Notes under the pieces: model-generated
Databases searched by the model: none
What the model was told of the DNA's origin: nothing
What the model saw: the letters and a program-made list of their open reading frames with translations, nothing else
In this document: positions 13,601 through 25,600 of the stretch, piece after piece
Layout of the letters: the number at the start of each line of letters is the position of its first letter
Position numbering within the stretch: position 1 is the stretch's first letter
Translations under genes and position numbers: made by a program
Assembly: GCA_903813345.2 (NCBI GenBank)
Contig: CAIIXF020000001.1
Location: 17,856,001-17,920,000, forward strand
DNA length: 64,000 nt
Source: Owenia fusiformis
Lineage: Eukaryota
Reading direction: 5' to 3'

Positions 13601-16600
13601 TTGAAAACAAAATTTGAAAAAAAAAAAAATCGTTGAAAAAAATTTTGAAAAAAATGAGCGGGACCGGGATGGATACAGTGTGTATCCATCCCGGTCCCTA
13701 GATACATAATATATTCCCGCTCGTTATGTACCTAGAACCTCAGTAGCTATGAAATACATAGAGATTATCCTATATGAGGTTCAGGATATTGGGATTATCC
13801 CGAGGCAAATATAATATATTTGCCCGAGGGCCGCAGGTCCCGAGGGAAAATATATTATATTGGCCAAGGGATAATCCCAATATCCTGAACCGACTATAGG
13901 ATAATATGTTTATCCCATACCAATCTTGGTCATCTGGTTCACATTGTTCAATCGTGGAAATATTTTAGAATAATCATGTCCAGTTTTGTTTTCTTGGCCG
14001 TGGGCGGATTTTCCTGTTCTCTCAAATATTCCCACATTTATTTTCTCGAATTTTTTGATTGATTAAGTGAATGCTCCTTCCCTTTTTTAAACCATCAAAC
14101 AGATCCCGATAGTCTGTGTTTTCTCCATTGTCGTTTACAGTCATTACGCGAACGTTACAAATTATGAACAAATATGCGAGCGGCGATTATGACGTAGCGG
14201 GCAGATATACTATATCTGCCCGCTCGAAGCGGGACGTAAAGCCATATCTGCCCGCTGATGAAAATATAAGATTTTACAAACCGGCTTTATGCACCTGTAA
14301 CACGTTCAAGTATGGGATAAATAGATATATAAAGCTGATGCAAACTTTTTCCTATATGTATTTAAATAAACATCCTTTCAGAATAATTTGCACTGTTGCA
14401 TTATGCATAAGAGCATTCAAACTAAATTTTTAAATTCCTCACCCCAAGGAATCCCCAGCTGGCGAAGAAGTAAGCTGCACCAAAGAACCAGACTTTATAA
14501 AAGAATCTTGTCAGTAGAAATGACATCCTTGTCATGATACACACATCTGAAATACAAGATAATATAGAGTAATTGTACACCTAAAGAGTATAAATAACAT
14601 TCATTTCTATAGAATCTTGAATATAAATTGCATCTTTGCCACACTTCAAAATGATTTCCTGAATATTACACTGTATATATCTACATCTAGAATAGAAATG
14701 TCTATTAATAAACGGAGCTCGGAAAAAGACATTAAATGTTGAAAAGTATAGATGGAATATCAAGGCATTAACATGTAAAATGTCATCACCTGCCATTTGT
14801 TACAGTCACCATTCACCAAACACTAACTACTGAACAGTGAACACCATCCAGAGAAAAGTTGGAAACTTTAACAAAATGTCACCACTAATGGTGGTGACAC
14901 AATAAAAATGAAGCATACATTTTACAGTAATTATTGTAGTTCTGATAATATAGATACTATATGGATCTGTTTTGTCAGACTCATGGTTAAGTCTTATAGC
15001 AAGTCTCTATGTAGCACCCATACTTTTATTAAACTGTTAGATGACAAATGAAATTCATGGAACTGTGTTAGTCTTGCATCCTCCAGGGGAGTCTCAGTGC
15101 AAGACTACACTCTATTCCAAATGTATCCCTAATTTAGAGAAAAACGTTATTCATATAAATGCCCCATTCAGAGTATTTCAGTTCAATTGAGCGAGTCACA
15201 TATCATACAGAGACTTTCAGGATATAAGTTCAGTGAATGAGTCAATATTTGTCTTTTGCCCATTTATTTGAATCTTACCTGTGTTAAGTTGTGTGTTAGC
15301 GTGGGTGTTACATGGCTGTGTAGTCAACACTATTTTTATATAAGTGTGGTTGGTGGCTGGGTCAATGGCAGTTCTGTTTTCCTAATAAATAGATATTGCT
15401 TTAGATACAATAACAGTATGAAATATTACATTCAAGAATGAACAAAAAAATCACACAAGAATATCATAAAATATTTTTGGAACATAATCCAATAGTTAAA
15501 ATTCATTCTTTAAAAACTGACACGCATCTACAAAACAACATATGGTTACCGACTTACAGGCTGCAAATAGTGCTGGCCTCCATATGTAGTGTACTGGGGC
15601 ATGACCATGTATGTAAGGATGTTTATTGCAAGCACCATAAACATTAACATCATACACATAAACAACAGGCCCTGGGGACGAGTCTTTCTTGGACGGATCT
15701 TGAACATCTGAATAAGAAAAATAAAGATTAAGTGGATGTGAAACGCATAACGAAGAAAATAAATACGATATGAATAGCAAGTTCCACACTGTTCTAAATG
15801 GTATTTGTATTACAATATTCTCCATACGTTATGTTAATTAGACCTAATTTGGGTAGTTGATGAAGCAGTTTACAAGTACATAAGTAGAGTGAAACCTGTA
15901 AAGTGGAACACCTCTAGAAGTGTAACACCTCTGTAAGTGGAAAACGTCTTATAGCCCCAATACCAACTGACTTAATGTTAAATAAACCTCTATAAGTGGA
16001 ACACCTCCAACGTTGAACACTTTTAAGAGGTAGCAGGTGTTCCACTTAGACATGTTTTACAATTAACAAAGCATGTTAATGTCTCACCCGTAGCCAGCAG
16101 AACCAGATACCAATCTTCCTGATTCCCATCACAGAGCAGAAGAAGAAATAAAGGATGATGCCAGACATAATGATGTAGTCTAGTGGAAATATCTGGAAAA
16201 ATATCTTATTTACAGAAATGGTAACATATAAATAAAGTGTATTTGTATATAATTGGGTGTACAGATGCCACCACCTAATTGCACATGGCATTAAAAAGTG
16301 AAAACATATTATGAGAGTTTGAGTTGTTCAGTGCCATAGTCTAATACCATCTGAAATTAGAATATGTCTACAGGTGATACTGTATCAATAGGCAATTGGC
16401 TGAATCAAAAGTAATTTGCTACCCAGGTCCAACAGTTGATACAGGTGCCAAATAATGGTCATTCAAAATTTAGAGGATTTAACAATGCTTGAATATTTTC
16501 AGCCGTAACATAAAAAATTGATTTGAAACGTACCATTTGGGCATAGACAAGCATGATATCTACAGGGTTGGGTAGAGTTCGTTTGGGTAAGGCATACCCC

Positions 16601-19600
16601 ATTCTCCATCCTAAAGAGTGCATGACCTTGTCAATGCTGAAAATATAAAGGCAGATAATAGAGTTATAACAAGAAATATGAATATGATATTAGAAGTTTA
16701 GAATCAAGTGATTTTTCTAAAATTCAATATTAATAAAAAGTGTCTTGATTTTTTTTCAGACTTATTTCATGACTCGTTAATGATTTCAATACTCAATATT
16801 CAAGGAATATTATCAGTGGGTTAGTCCAACTTGGATTTTGGTGGTTCAATTCAAATAAAATTGATACAAGTCATCTGAAATGCAAAGCTCAAATGTGCAT
16901 TTAAATATTTTACAATAATAAGAAGAGGTACTTTTAATGCACAGCAGTTATACACATAACCACTAAACTTCTTACTTTGTCAAAAGCAGAGAAACGAACA
17001 CTACAAGTGCTATTAGGAAAAACACAATTCCAGCCAAAATCTCAACAGGCCTCAAGAGGATAGAACATTTGCTCAGACAGCTTAGTTCTCTGCTCTCTAG
17101 CTGAGCCTCTTGCCTCGACATAAGCCTGTCTGTCTCCTCTAGCTCAGCTATCTTGATACGATCTCTTTGCCTCATGGGCCTGCCGTTACTGTACTGTAAA
17201 TGTAAAAAAAGAAAAGCTTAGTTCTCTGTTCTCTAGCTGAGCCTCCTGCCTTGACATAAGCCTGTCTGTCTCCTCTAGCTCAGCTATCTTGATACGGTCC
17301 CTTTGCCTCATGGGCCTGCCATTACTGTACTATAAATGTAAAAAAGAAAAGCTTAGTTCTCTGCTCTCAAGCTGAGCCTCCTGCCTCGACATAAGCCTGT
17401 CTGTCTCCTCTAGCTCAGCTATCTTGATACGGTCCCTTTGCCTCATGGACCTGCCGTTACTGTACTGTAAATGTAAAAAGAAAAGCTTAGGCCTCTGCTA
17501 TCTCCTGTCTTGACATAACTCATATTTTTCATGTACTATACAATAAAGTTATGGACATGAATAAAGGAAAAACTAAAGTTGAAGTCAAAGTTAACATAAA
17601 CCAACCTAAATTACAGTTTCTTTTTCTCTGAATATGAATGTGAAAACAAAATTATTTGGAAATGTTTCAAACCACATCCATGGCTCTTTCTTGATTTCAA
17701 GCCTAATACCAATGAACATTCAGAAGTTTTACAAAAACTGGACATCTCTGTATTTACCTTATTTCTTATGGCTTCAATTTTAGTTCTGTTGGTAGTTCTT
17801 TCATCGATGACCCTCATCCTTTCTGAACTGGCACTTTGGGTTCCCTTTAGGAGGTCAATAGGCCATGCAGACATACCATAAGCCTAAATAACAAATTGCT
17901 AATGCTGTAAATATGCCCTTGCTTTTCAATCAAAACCCAAAGCAATGCTGCTAAACTGTAGTTTTTGTGAGAATTCTTAAACAAGCTAATTGTAAGGTGT
18001 AACAACAATCATGTTCTGATTGACCTTATACTATTGTACAGTAAAACCTGTGTAAGTGGAACACTAAGTTAGAGTTCCACTTATAGAGATTCAATAACAT
18101 GATATCAATGGCCCATGCTGGACTGTGAAAAGTGCCCTACTTTCACAGGCAGTCCACATACAGAGGTGCTCCACTTGATAGGTTACAACTGTGATAACAA
18201 GAATCTTGTGAGAAAAGATTATAGTTCCACTTACTGTGTATATAATGAGAAGGAGCAATCCAATTAGAGTCAGGCAACTGATCACAAATGACAAAGCATC
18301 TTCTCCATCTAAAAAATTAAAAATATGATATTTCACATTTCAACAAAATCTGACAGCAGGCCTCAACACTTGCATTTTTTGCCTGGTGCCAAAATAACTA
18401 CCTGGCCAACTTTCAGGTAGTTATTTGCTTCTGTCAGGTAGTTGTATATAAAATGATGTTATAAAATTTTAAAAATAACATAATGTTTATCTTGTGCCAA
18501 TGAAGCCTAATAATGCGCTAATGCGCACATTTATGAAAAAATCGACTCATTGCATTGAAATTCTCTCAAATTAATGCATAACTTCCAACATTCAAAAATG
18601 TGGAGAGATTGCTATGGAGATTGTCCCTGGATGATCATCTCTGTCGCAATACAGAAAATATTGATACGGAGGGGACAATCTCAGTAGCAATACAGAGGAT
18701 CACACGATAAAAATGTTATTGAATGATTTGGAGTGCAATACGGGATATATTCTGTCTATATTTTGTATTGGCGCTCGACTTAGTCTCGTACCAATGCAGA
18801 ATTTCTCGAGCAGAATATATCCTGTATTGCACTTCAAATCATTCAATAACTTATAATATCACATCCCTTATAGCCTCACAAACCAATGAGCCAAGACATT
18901 TTGATAAAGCATTAATATATTACAATGCTATAAAAGACTCACTGTTGCTTGCAAACTCCTTGAACATATACTCAATCTTCCTCCACTCTGTCTGGTTGGT
19001 ATTTGGTGGTATCTTTACAGGGGCAAATGCGCTAGAAAAGAGTATAATTTCAGATACAAATACATTCTTATGTATACACTTATGCACACCTCTGTAGTAT
19101 GACCTCATTATGATTATCATCTGAAAGGAAGGGTACAAATTTCTCAGTGTGAAGGTAAACATAATGCTCTTTATCCCATACTTGGACGTGTTACAGGTAC
19201 ATAAAGCCAGTTTGTAAAAACTTATATTTTCATCAGCGGGCAGATATAGCTTTACGTCCCGCTCCGAGCGGGCAGATATAGTATATCTGCCCGCTATGTC
19301 ATAATCGTCGCTCGCATATTTGTTCATAATTTGTAACGTTCGCGTAATGACTGTAAACGACAATGGAGAAAACACAGACAATCGGGATCTGAAGGAGCAT
19401 CCACTTAATCAATCAAAAATTCGAGAAAATAAATATGGGAATATTTGAGAGAACAGGAAAATCCACCCACGGCCAAGAAAACAAAACTGGACATGAATAT
19501 TCTAAAATATTTCCACGATTGAACAATGTGAACCAGATGACCAAGATTGGTATGGGATAAACATATTATCCTATAGTCGGTTCAGGCAGGGCTGTCAACT

Positions 19601-22600
19601 TGGGACCACCTAATATGAGTGACTTCAAAATGTTGGACACCTAAGTCCAAATCTGAACACTTTTGTCCAAATTTTGAACACCTTTGGCCAACTTTTAAAC
19701 ACCTTTGGCCAAAGTTTGAGCACCTTTGCCAAACTTTGAACACCTCAAATTTTTCGCGCTCGCTACGCTCGCGATATCGTCAACGGGGGGGGGGGGGGGG
19801 TAGGTACGAAAAATTTCCAAAGAACATGCGTGACACATACGGGATTCGCGTGACATTTTCGAAAAATTTCCAAAGAACATGCGTGACACATACGGGATTC
19901 GCGTGACAAATCCGAACAAATTGCGTTCGGTTTTTTCCGACGTTCGTATTTTTACCGTATCGTTAACATATTTCGAAAAAATTTAGTTATAGTTAGTTAT
20001 AGTTATAGTTATTCACTGCTAGGTCATTCTGACCTGTAGCCGGTCTTAAGATTTAATTTTAAAAATAATGAGCATGGTTAAGCATAGACCCCATTAATTG
20101 ACTGAATCTGGTGGCTACCTCAGAGCTCTGTAGTTATATCTTGTAGGGTGCATGGTTCTTCCATAATTTGTCCAGTCTATTCTTGAAGAGATTGATGTCT
20201 TGGGCCTCTACAACTTCTTGGGGGAGGGAATTCCAACTGCTCACTATTCTCTGGGTGAAGAATCCCTGTCTCAGTATTGTCCTGTTCTGTTTCTTTGAAA
20301 CTCTCATATTATTGCCACGAGTTCTGCCAATGTTGTGGGAGAGGGGAAGGATATTGCTTATTGGTATGTCGTACTTTTCATTCAAAATTTTCCATGTTTC
20401 AATCATATCGCCTCTGAGACGTCTGAACACAAGTGTTGGTAACTTTAACTCTTTCAGTCTTTGGGGATAGTCCTTGTCTTTTAGGCTTGGTATACATCTT
20501 GTGGCTCTTCTTTGTACAGCTTCAACCGCTTCAATGTCCTGGATTAAATATGGAGACCAAACTGTATTGGCATATTCAAGATGGGGTCGTACCATTGCCT
20601 TGTAAAGAAGCAACATATTGGAGGAATCTAGAAATTGGAAGGTCCTTCTTATTAATCCCAGAATTTGGTTAGCTTTTTTAACTACCGTTTGTACATGTGT
20701 ACTACTTTTCAAATTCTTGGTAACCATTACTCCCAGGTCCTTCTCACCTTCTGTTTCTTGAAGTGCTGTGTTGCCCATGCTATAGTTATATTCTGGGGGG
20801 GATTTTCCTATTCTTAATACCTTGCATTTTTCACTATTGAACTGTAATTGCCATTCTTGGGTCCAGTTCATAAGGGATCTTATATCTTGTTGTAATTCGT
20901 TACAGTCATCTAGGTTATTTACTTCTCTATAGAGTTTCGTATCATCAGCAAACATAATCAGAGGGCTGTTTACTGCCTGTGGTACATCGTTTACAAATAT
21001 CAGGAACATAACGGGTCCGAGGACAGTCCCCTGGGGTATGCCTGACGTTACATCGGTCCATGATGACGATTCACCGTTAATGGTTACTCTCTGCTTTCTG
21101 CGTTGGTATTGGTTACTGTTGTTGCGGTTTCCTGCTGAATCACTGTTCTCTGGGCCGTCAAATTCGTTTCCGGATTCCGCACCGAGGAAAGCTTTCAGCC
21201 ACTGGTGGGCTGTACCTACAATTCCTAAGTTCTGTATTTTTCTAATTAATCGTTCATGCGGAACTTTGTCGAAGGCTTTTTTGAAGTCAAGATAGACTGC
21301 GTCAATGTTGCTTCCACTGTCTAGTACTTCAGTCCACTTATCTAGTGTCACGAGTAGGTTTGTTACACAGGATCGACAAGGCAGGAATCCATGTTGACAC
21401 TGCGACAGGAGGTTGTTCTGTGAAAGATGAGATAGTATTCTTTCTCTTATTATAGATTCCAGGATCTTACACACTACAGATGTGAGGCTTACGGGCCTGT
21501 AGTTATTAGGTTGACATTTCTTGCCTTTCTTGTGGATTGGTGAAATGTTGGCTTGTTTCCAATCTTGTGGTAATGTTGCGGTATCTATAGATTTTCTAAA
21601 TATCAGGTAGAGGGGTCTGCATATTACTTCTTTCAATTCCTTGAGTATACGGGGCTTGATATTGTCTGGTCCAGGTGATTTGCTTACTTTCAGTAATTCC
21701 AGTTTCTTCATTATATCCTCCTCCGTGAATGTCCAGTCCTGTATGTAGTTATTCAGTCTGATATAGTGCCCAGCTGGTATATTCTCTTTATTCTCGTTAG
21801 TGAAAACACTAGAGAAAAATTTGTTGAGCTCTTCTGCTTTATCAAGGTCATTCTCTGTCCTAGATCCATCCTCTCTTAGAAGTTGGGGAATTCCGCTCCG
21901 TGTTTTCGTTTTACTATTACTGTAGCCCCAAAACTTTCTAGGCTGAGATTTCGCCAGCTTGGCTATATTACATTCAAATTCTTTAACTGCTCTAGAGACT
22001 TCTTTTTTGGCTTGATTTCTCTCTTTTATATACTGTAAATATTCTTCACCTTTCTTTGTGGTTTGGTATCTTCTCCATGCACTGTGTTTTCTTTTTATCT
22101 GGGCCATGCATTTTTTATCCATCCATGCTTTCGCTTGTTTTTTGGCTTTTATTTGAGGGACATTCTTACTGTAGCTGTCTTCCATTTTGGTTCTAAATAT
22201 ATTCCAGCAGTCGGTGACTTCTTTATCCTTGAATTCCCTGTCCCAATCTAAAGTGAGCTCTTCTTTCATCTTTCCATAGTCAGCTTTGTCTAGAAGGTGG
22301 ATGATTCGGACTTGTTTTATATATTCTGCTTTGAAGTGGAATTCAAACTTCAGTACTTGGTGGTCACTTTTACCCAGTCCAGCTGTTACTTCTAAATTTG
22401 TGACCATGTCTTCTTCATTAGAAATCACCAGGTCTAGAATGTTGTCCCCTCTAGTTGGTTCAGCTACATGTTGGTATAAGAAGTTATCATTTCTACAGAA
22501 ATATTTTTGCTTGACAATTGCCAGGTAAAATGCGTATTTTGCGTGACATTTTCTGTCACGCAAAAAAAACTGGCGTGACTTCAAATTCTTCAGCAAATGC

Positions 22601-25600
22601 GTGACAAATACGCAAATTGTGGGACAGTTGACAGGCCTGGTTCAGGATATTGGGATTATCCCTTGGCCAATATAACATATTTTCCCTCGGGACCTGCGGC
22701 CCTCGGGCAAATATATTATATTTGCCTCGGGATAATCCCAATATCCTGAACCTCATATAGGATAATCTCTATTAATTGCAACTGCCCTTACATGTACTTG
22801 AAGTGATATCTGAGTGGATATGGCAGATAACATAACCCTTGAGGACATTTGAATGGACAGAGGATCAGTTTGGTGAAATAGAGAAAATACTGTTCATTCA
22901 CAAGGACAATTTTTTGTCTAAGTCACCTGATTTACAACTAAAAGGTTTCCCCCTCATTTTCATTGTTGAAACATGTTGTAATCATGAAATGCTGACCCCA
23001 AACAAGCTAGGGGAATAATGAAAAATACATGCTACTCAGGCTGTTTTTCAGTTTATTTATTCATTCCTTAGTACACACGGAGCGGTAGGCAAACTGCGCG
23101 CCTACTATGCACGCAGTTTGGAACACTGACAAACTGCGCGCCTATTCACAAAATGGCAGACAGGGAGGACACGACTCCCAAGAGGATGGAAATTACTGGA
23201 AATACAAGGTTAATTTTGGCTTTCAAACATTACCAAGATGTGGAGACTAATTTACTTTATACGTAGCACTCGAATTTTTTCCCGATGCCAGGGGCGGATC
23301 CAGGAACCAACAAGGGGGGGGGCCCAAATTTCAGGTCAGAGAAAAAACGTCCGCGCTTGCGCGGAAAAAATTTTGGGCCCCTAAAATCCAAAAGTGGGCC
23401 CAAATTTTGAAATTTTGAGGCCCATTTTCTTCAAAATTTGGCCTGAAATTAACAAATAAGGCCTTAAAAGGCCCAGTAATGACCAAAAAGGCCCACTTTT
23501 TGGGGCCTGAAGGCCTTGTTTGGCCCAAAATATTTTTTGGGCCCAATTTTTTTTTTCTGGGCCCACCCAAGGGGGGGGGGCCCGGGCCCCTGGGCCCCCC
23601 CCCCTAATCCGCCAGTGGATGCATATCTAGTTATCTCAAAATAAGGTTCCCAAGGAGCTTTCGTGTTCAAATTATACAGTGTTGCGTCATATAATGTCTG
23701 TTGTTCGTAGTTTGACGTTTATTCAGCCCTTGTGTTTGCACATTCTGAAAGATATAGGATTGATGCACATGGTTTAAGTAATATAGTTTGTGTGTTAAAC
23801 AGTGACAAGCCATTAACGTGATTTTATTTTTTTCGCTGTCAAACTGCGTGCATACTTTCAAGTGGATTTCACAAACTGCGTACCTAATATTTACAAACTG
23901 CGCGCCTAATTTGCAAGCTGTGTGCAAGTTTGTTGTGTATTTTCAGAAAACGTAAACGCCACTAAACCTGTCCCTATATAAAAAGAAACCAAAGTCTGAC
24001 CCTAGCAAAGATGTAGATATCAACAGCGCATCTTCAAAAACCATGACACCCCCTTCAGAATTAAACAAGATGTTATTTTCAAACGCACCCATGAAGAAAA
24101 GGAAACCAATCAATAAACCAAAGGGGCGATTATTTAAAGGAACCAGTGACTCATTTGAAAAAACATAAAAACATTTTTGCTCGTCATGCATGCATGGTCA
24201 ATTATTTATGTTAACATGGGTAATAAACAAAGTTTCAAGTCGAAAGAGTGAGATTGTTGTAAATATCTTTTTCTTACTCATGTTGCTAAAACTGTGAATT
24301 TTTATAGCATTTTATAATGAGGATTTCATTGAATTCTAAGAAATGGCTTTTTGGACTGGATCAATCAAAAATATAAATAAAAAAGGATTCAATATATATT
24401 TACACAATTTTTATGAACGTATTGTATTTATGTTGCACCATGCATCAAATAGTGTTAGTTTGAAATAAAGTAGTAAGGCAAGTTCGGCACTTCAATGGGG
24501 ACTAGGCGGGGGCCACCTGGGTGTCTTTTAGTAGGACCCCAATAGAAAAAACATGCGATTTTTGAACTCAACTCTATATGATGAAGTCGAATCATTGCAT
24601 CATACTTTTATAAAAATCATATAGACAAGAACAAAATAAAATATAAATATGTACATTTCCACTGGTTGTCAACCATCAACCCAATTTTAGTTTTTGATTT
24701 ATTTGAACCTTTTCAATCTCTACCTTTTCAACTTACTTACGTACTCCCATGAAATCACATAGGCCTGCATTACTGAGAAGTCATCAATAACTTGATATGC
24801 ACGCAGTTTGGAAGAGTATGCACGCAGTTTGTGATTTCTAGCTAAAATAGGCGCGCAGTTTGTGTTTTATTACTTCTTTCTGTCATGTCTGTTTTAATAC
24901 GAAATATTTTGTATTGTATGGGAGAACTGGGTTGAGATTTACCTGTGAATCAAAACCCAAGTGTTTTCTATTTCTGTGAAACGTGCGATATCAACTTATG
25001 TATCGGTGATCGAAAAATCGATGTCAATTTTTTGTATTAATCTTCTTATATTTTTTAAACCTACGTCCATCTGGACATACATTTCGCTATCACATGGTAG
25101 AATCATATAATCGCCACCGAATGGACGTTTGGAACTATAAAACAATTCAGAATAAATGTCTTAAAATGACGTTGGAAAACACAGACTCCAACTTTTATGA
25201 TGCAATGTTGATAGGCGCGCAGTTTGTCAGTCTTTCAAACTGCTTGCATACTAGGCAAGCAGTTTGGCTACCGCGCCGTGGTACAGCTCAAGTGAAAAAT
25301 ACATGAATATATGGGCATCAATATTAAACAGAACACTATGTACTATTGTTGTTACAAGTGTCCTGTTGCTTTACATGTAGTTTTTGGTCCTCCTCCCCTA
25401 CATGTATCTTTTATCTACTCCTCATCACATACTGTGTTGGTATTTAATCAGAGTGGTTAATTTGCCAAATTTGCTCAAATTTTATAATTTTCCGAATTCT
25501 AATTTTCCTAATGACAAGAAACTTCCCATTGGATAACATTATGTTTATGAAGATAATATTTATGACATTTAATTTTTCAAACCTGACAAAAATTAGGCAA

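Larger units (their letters stand above)
7722..13757 (+). mobile_element. Hairpin element A1 (A-A'-B...B' structure), split by nested insertions
   Basis: About 140-bp terminal hairpin at 7722-7866; ctactgaggttctaggtacat (about 7881-7901) is inverted to atgtacctagaacctcagtag (about 13726-13746). Confidence 0.7.
19587..22639. mobile_element. MITE D1 with 7-bp TSD (P-element-like), split by CR1
   Basis: TIR CAGG(G/C)CTGTCAACT; TSD GTTCAGG; uninterrupted copy at 27976-28481. Confidence 0.8.
19170..22772 (-). mobile_element. Hairpin element A2' (inverted copy of A2), split by a MITE and a LINE
   Basis: 19170-19586 plus 22640-22772 is the reverse complement of 13758-14321 with few substitutions and one deletion of about 20 bp. 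Confidence 0.85.

Noticed and set aside
14116..14433. Paralogous small protein family (ORFs at 14116 and 18920)
   Set aside because: The similarity comes from two copies of hairpin element A2; the 18920 ORF only runs on into LMBRD1 exon 6.
20168..22528. Several + strand ORFs overlapping the LINE
   Set aside because: They are antisense shadows of the RT frame with no independent motifs.
22489..22596. N-terminus of the 820-aa ORF as a real LINE start
   Set aside because: It is MITE sequence; the same peptide LKNLKSRQFFLRD appears in the ORF over the uninterrupted MITE copy (28361-28621).
23331..23670. Overlapping small ORFs
   Set aside because: They result from the GGGCCC-rich, stop-poor MITE interior.
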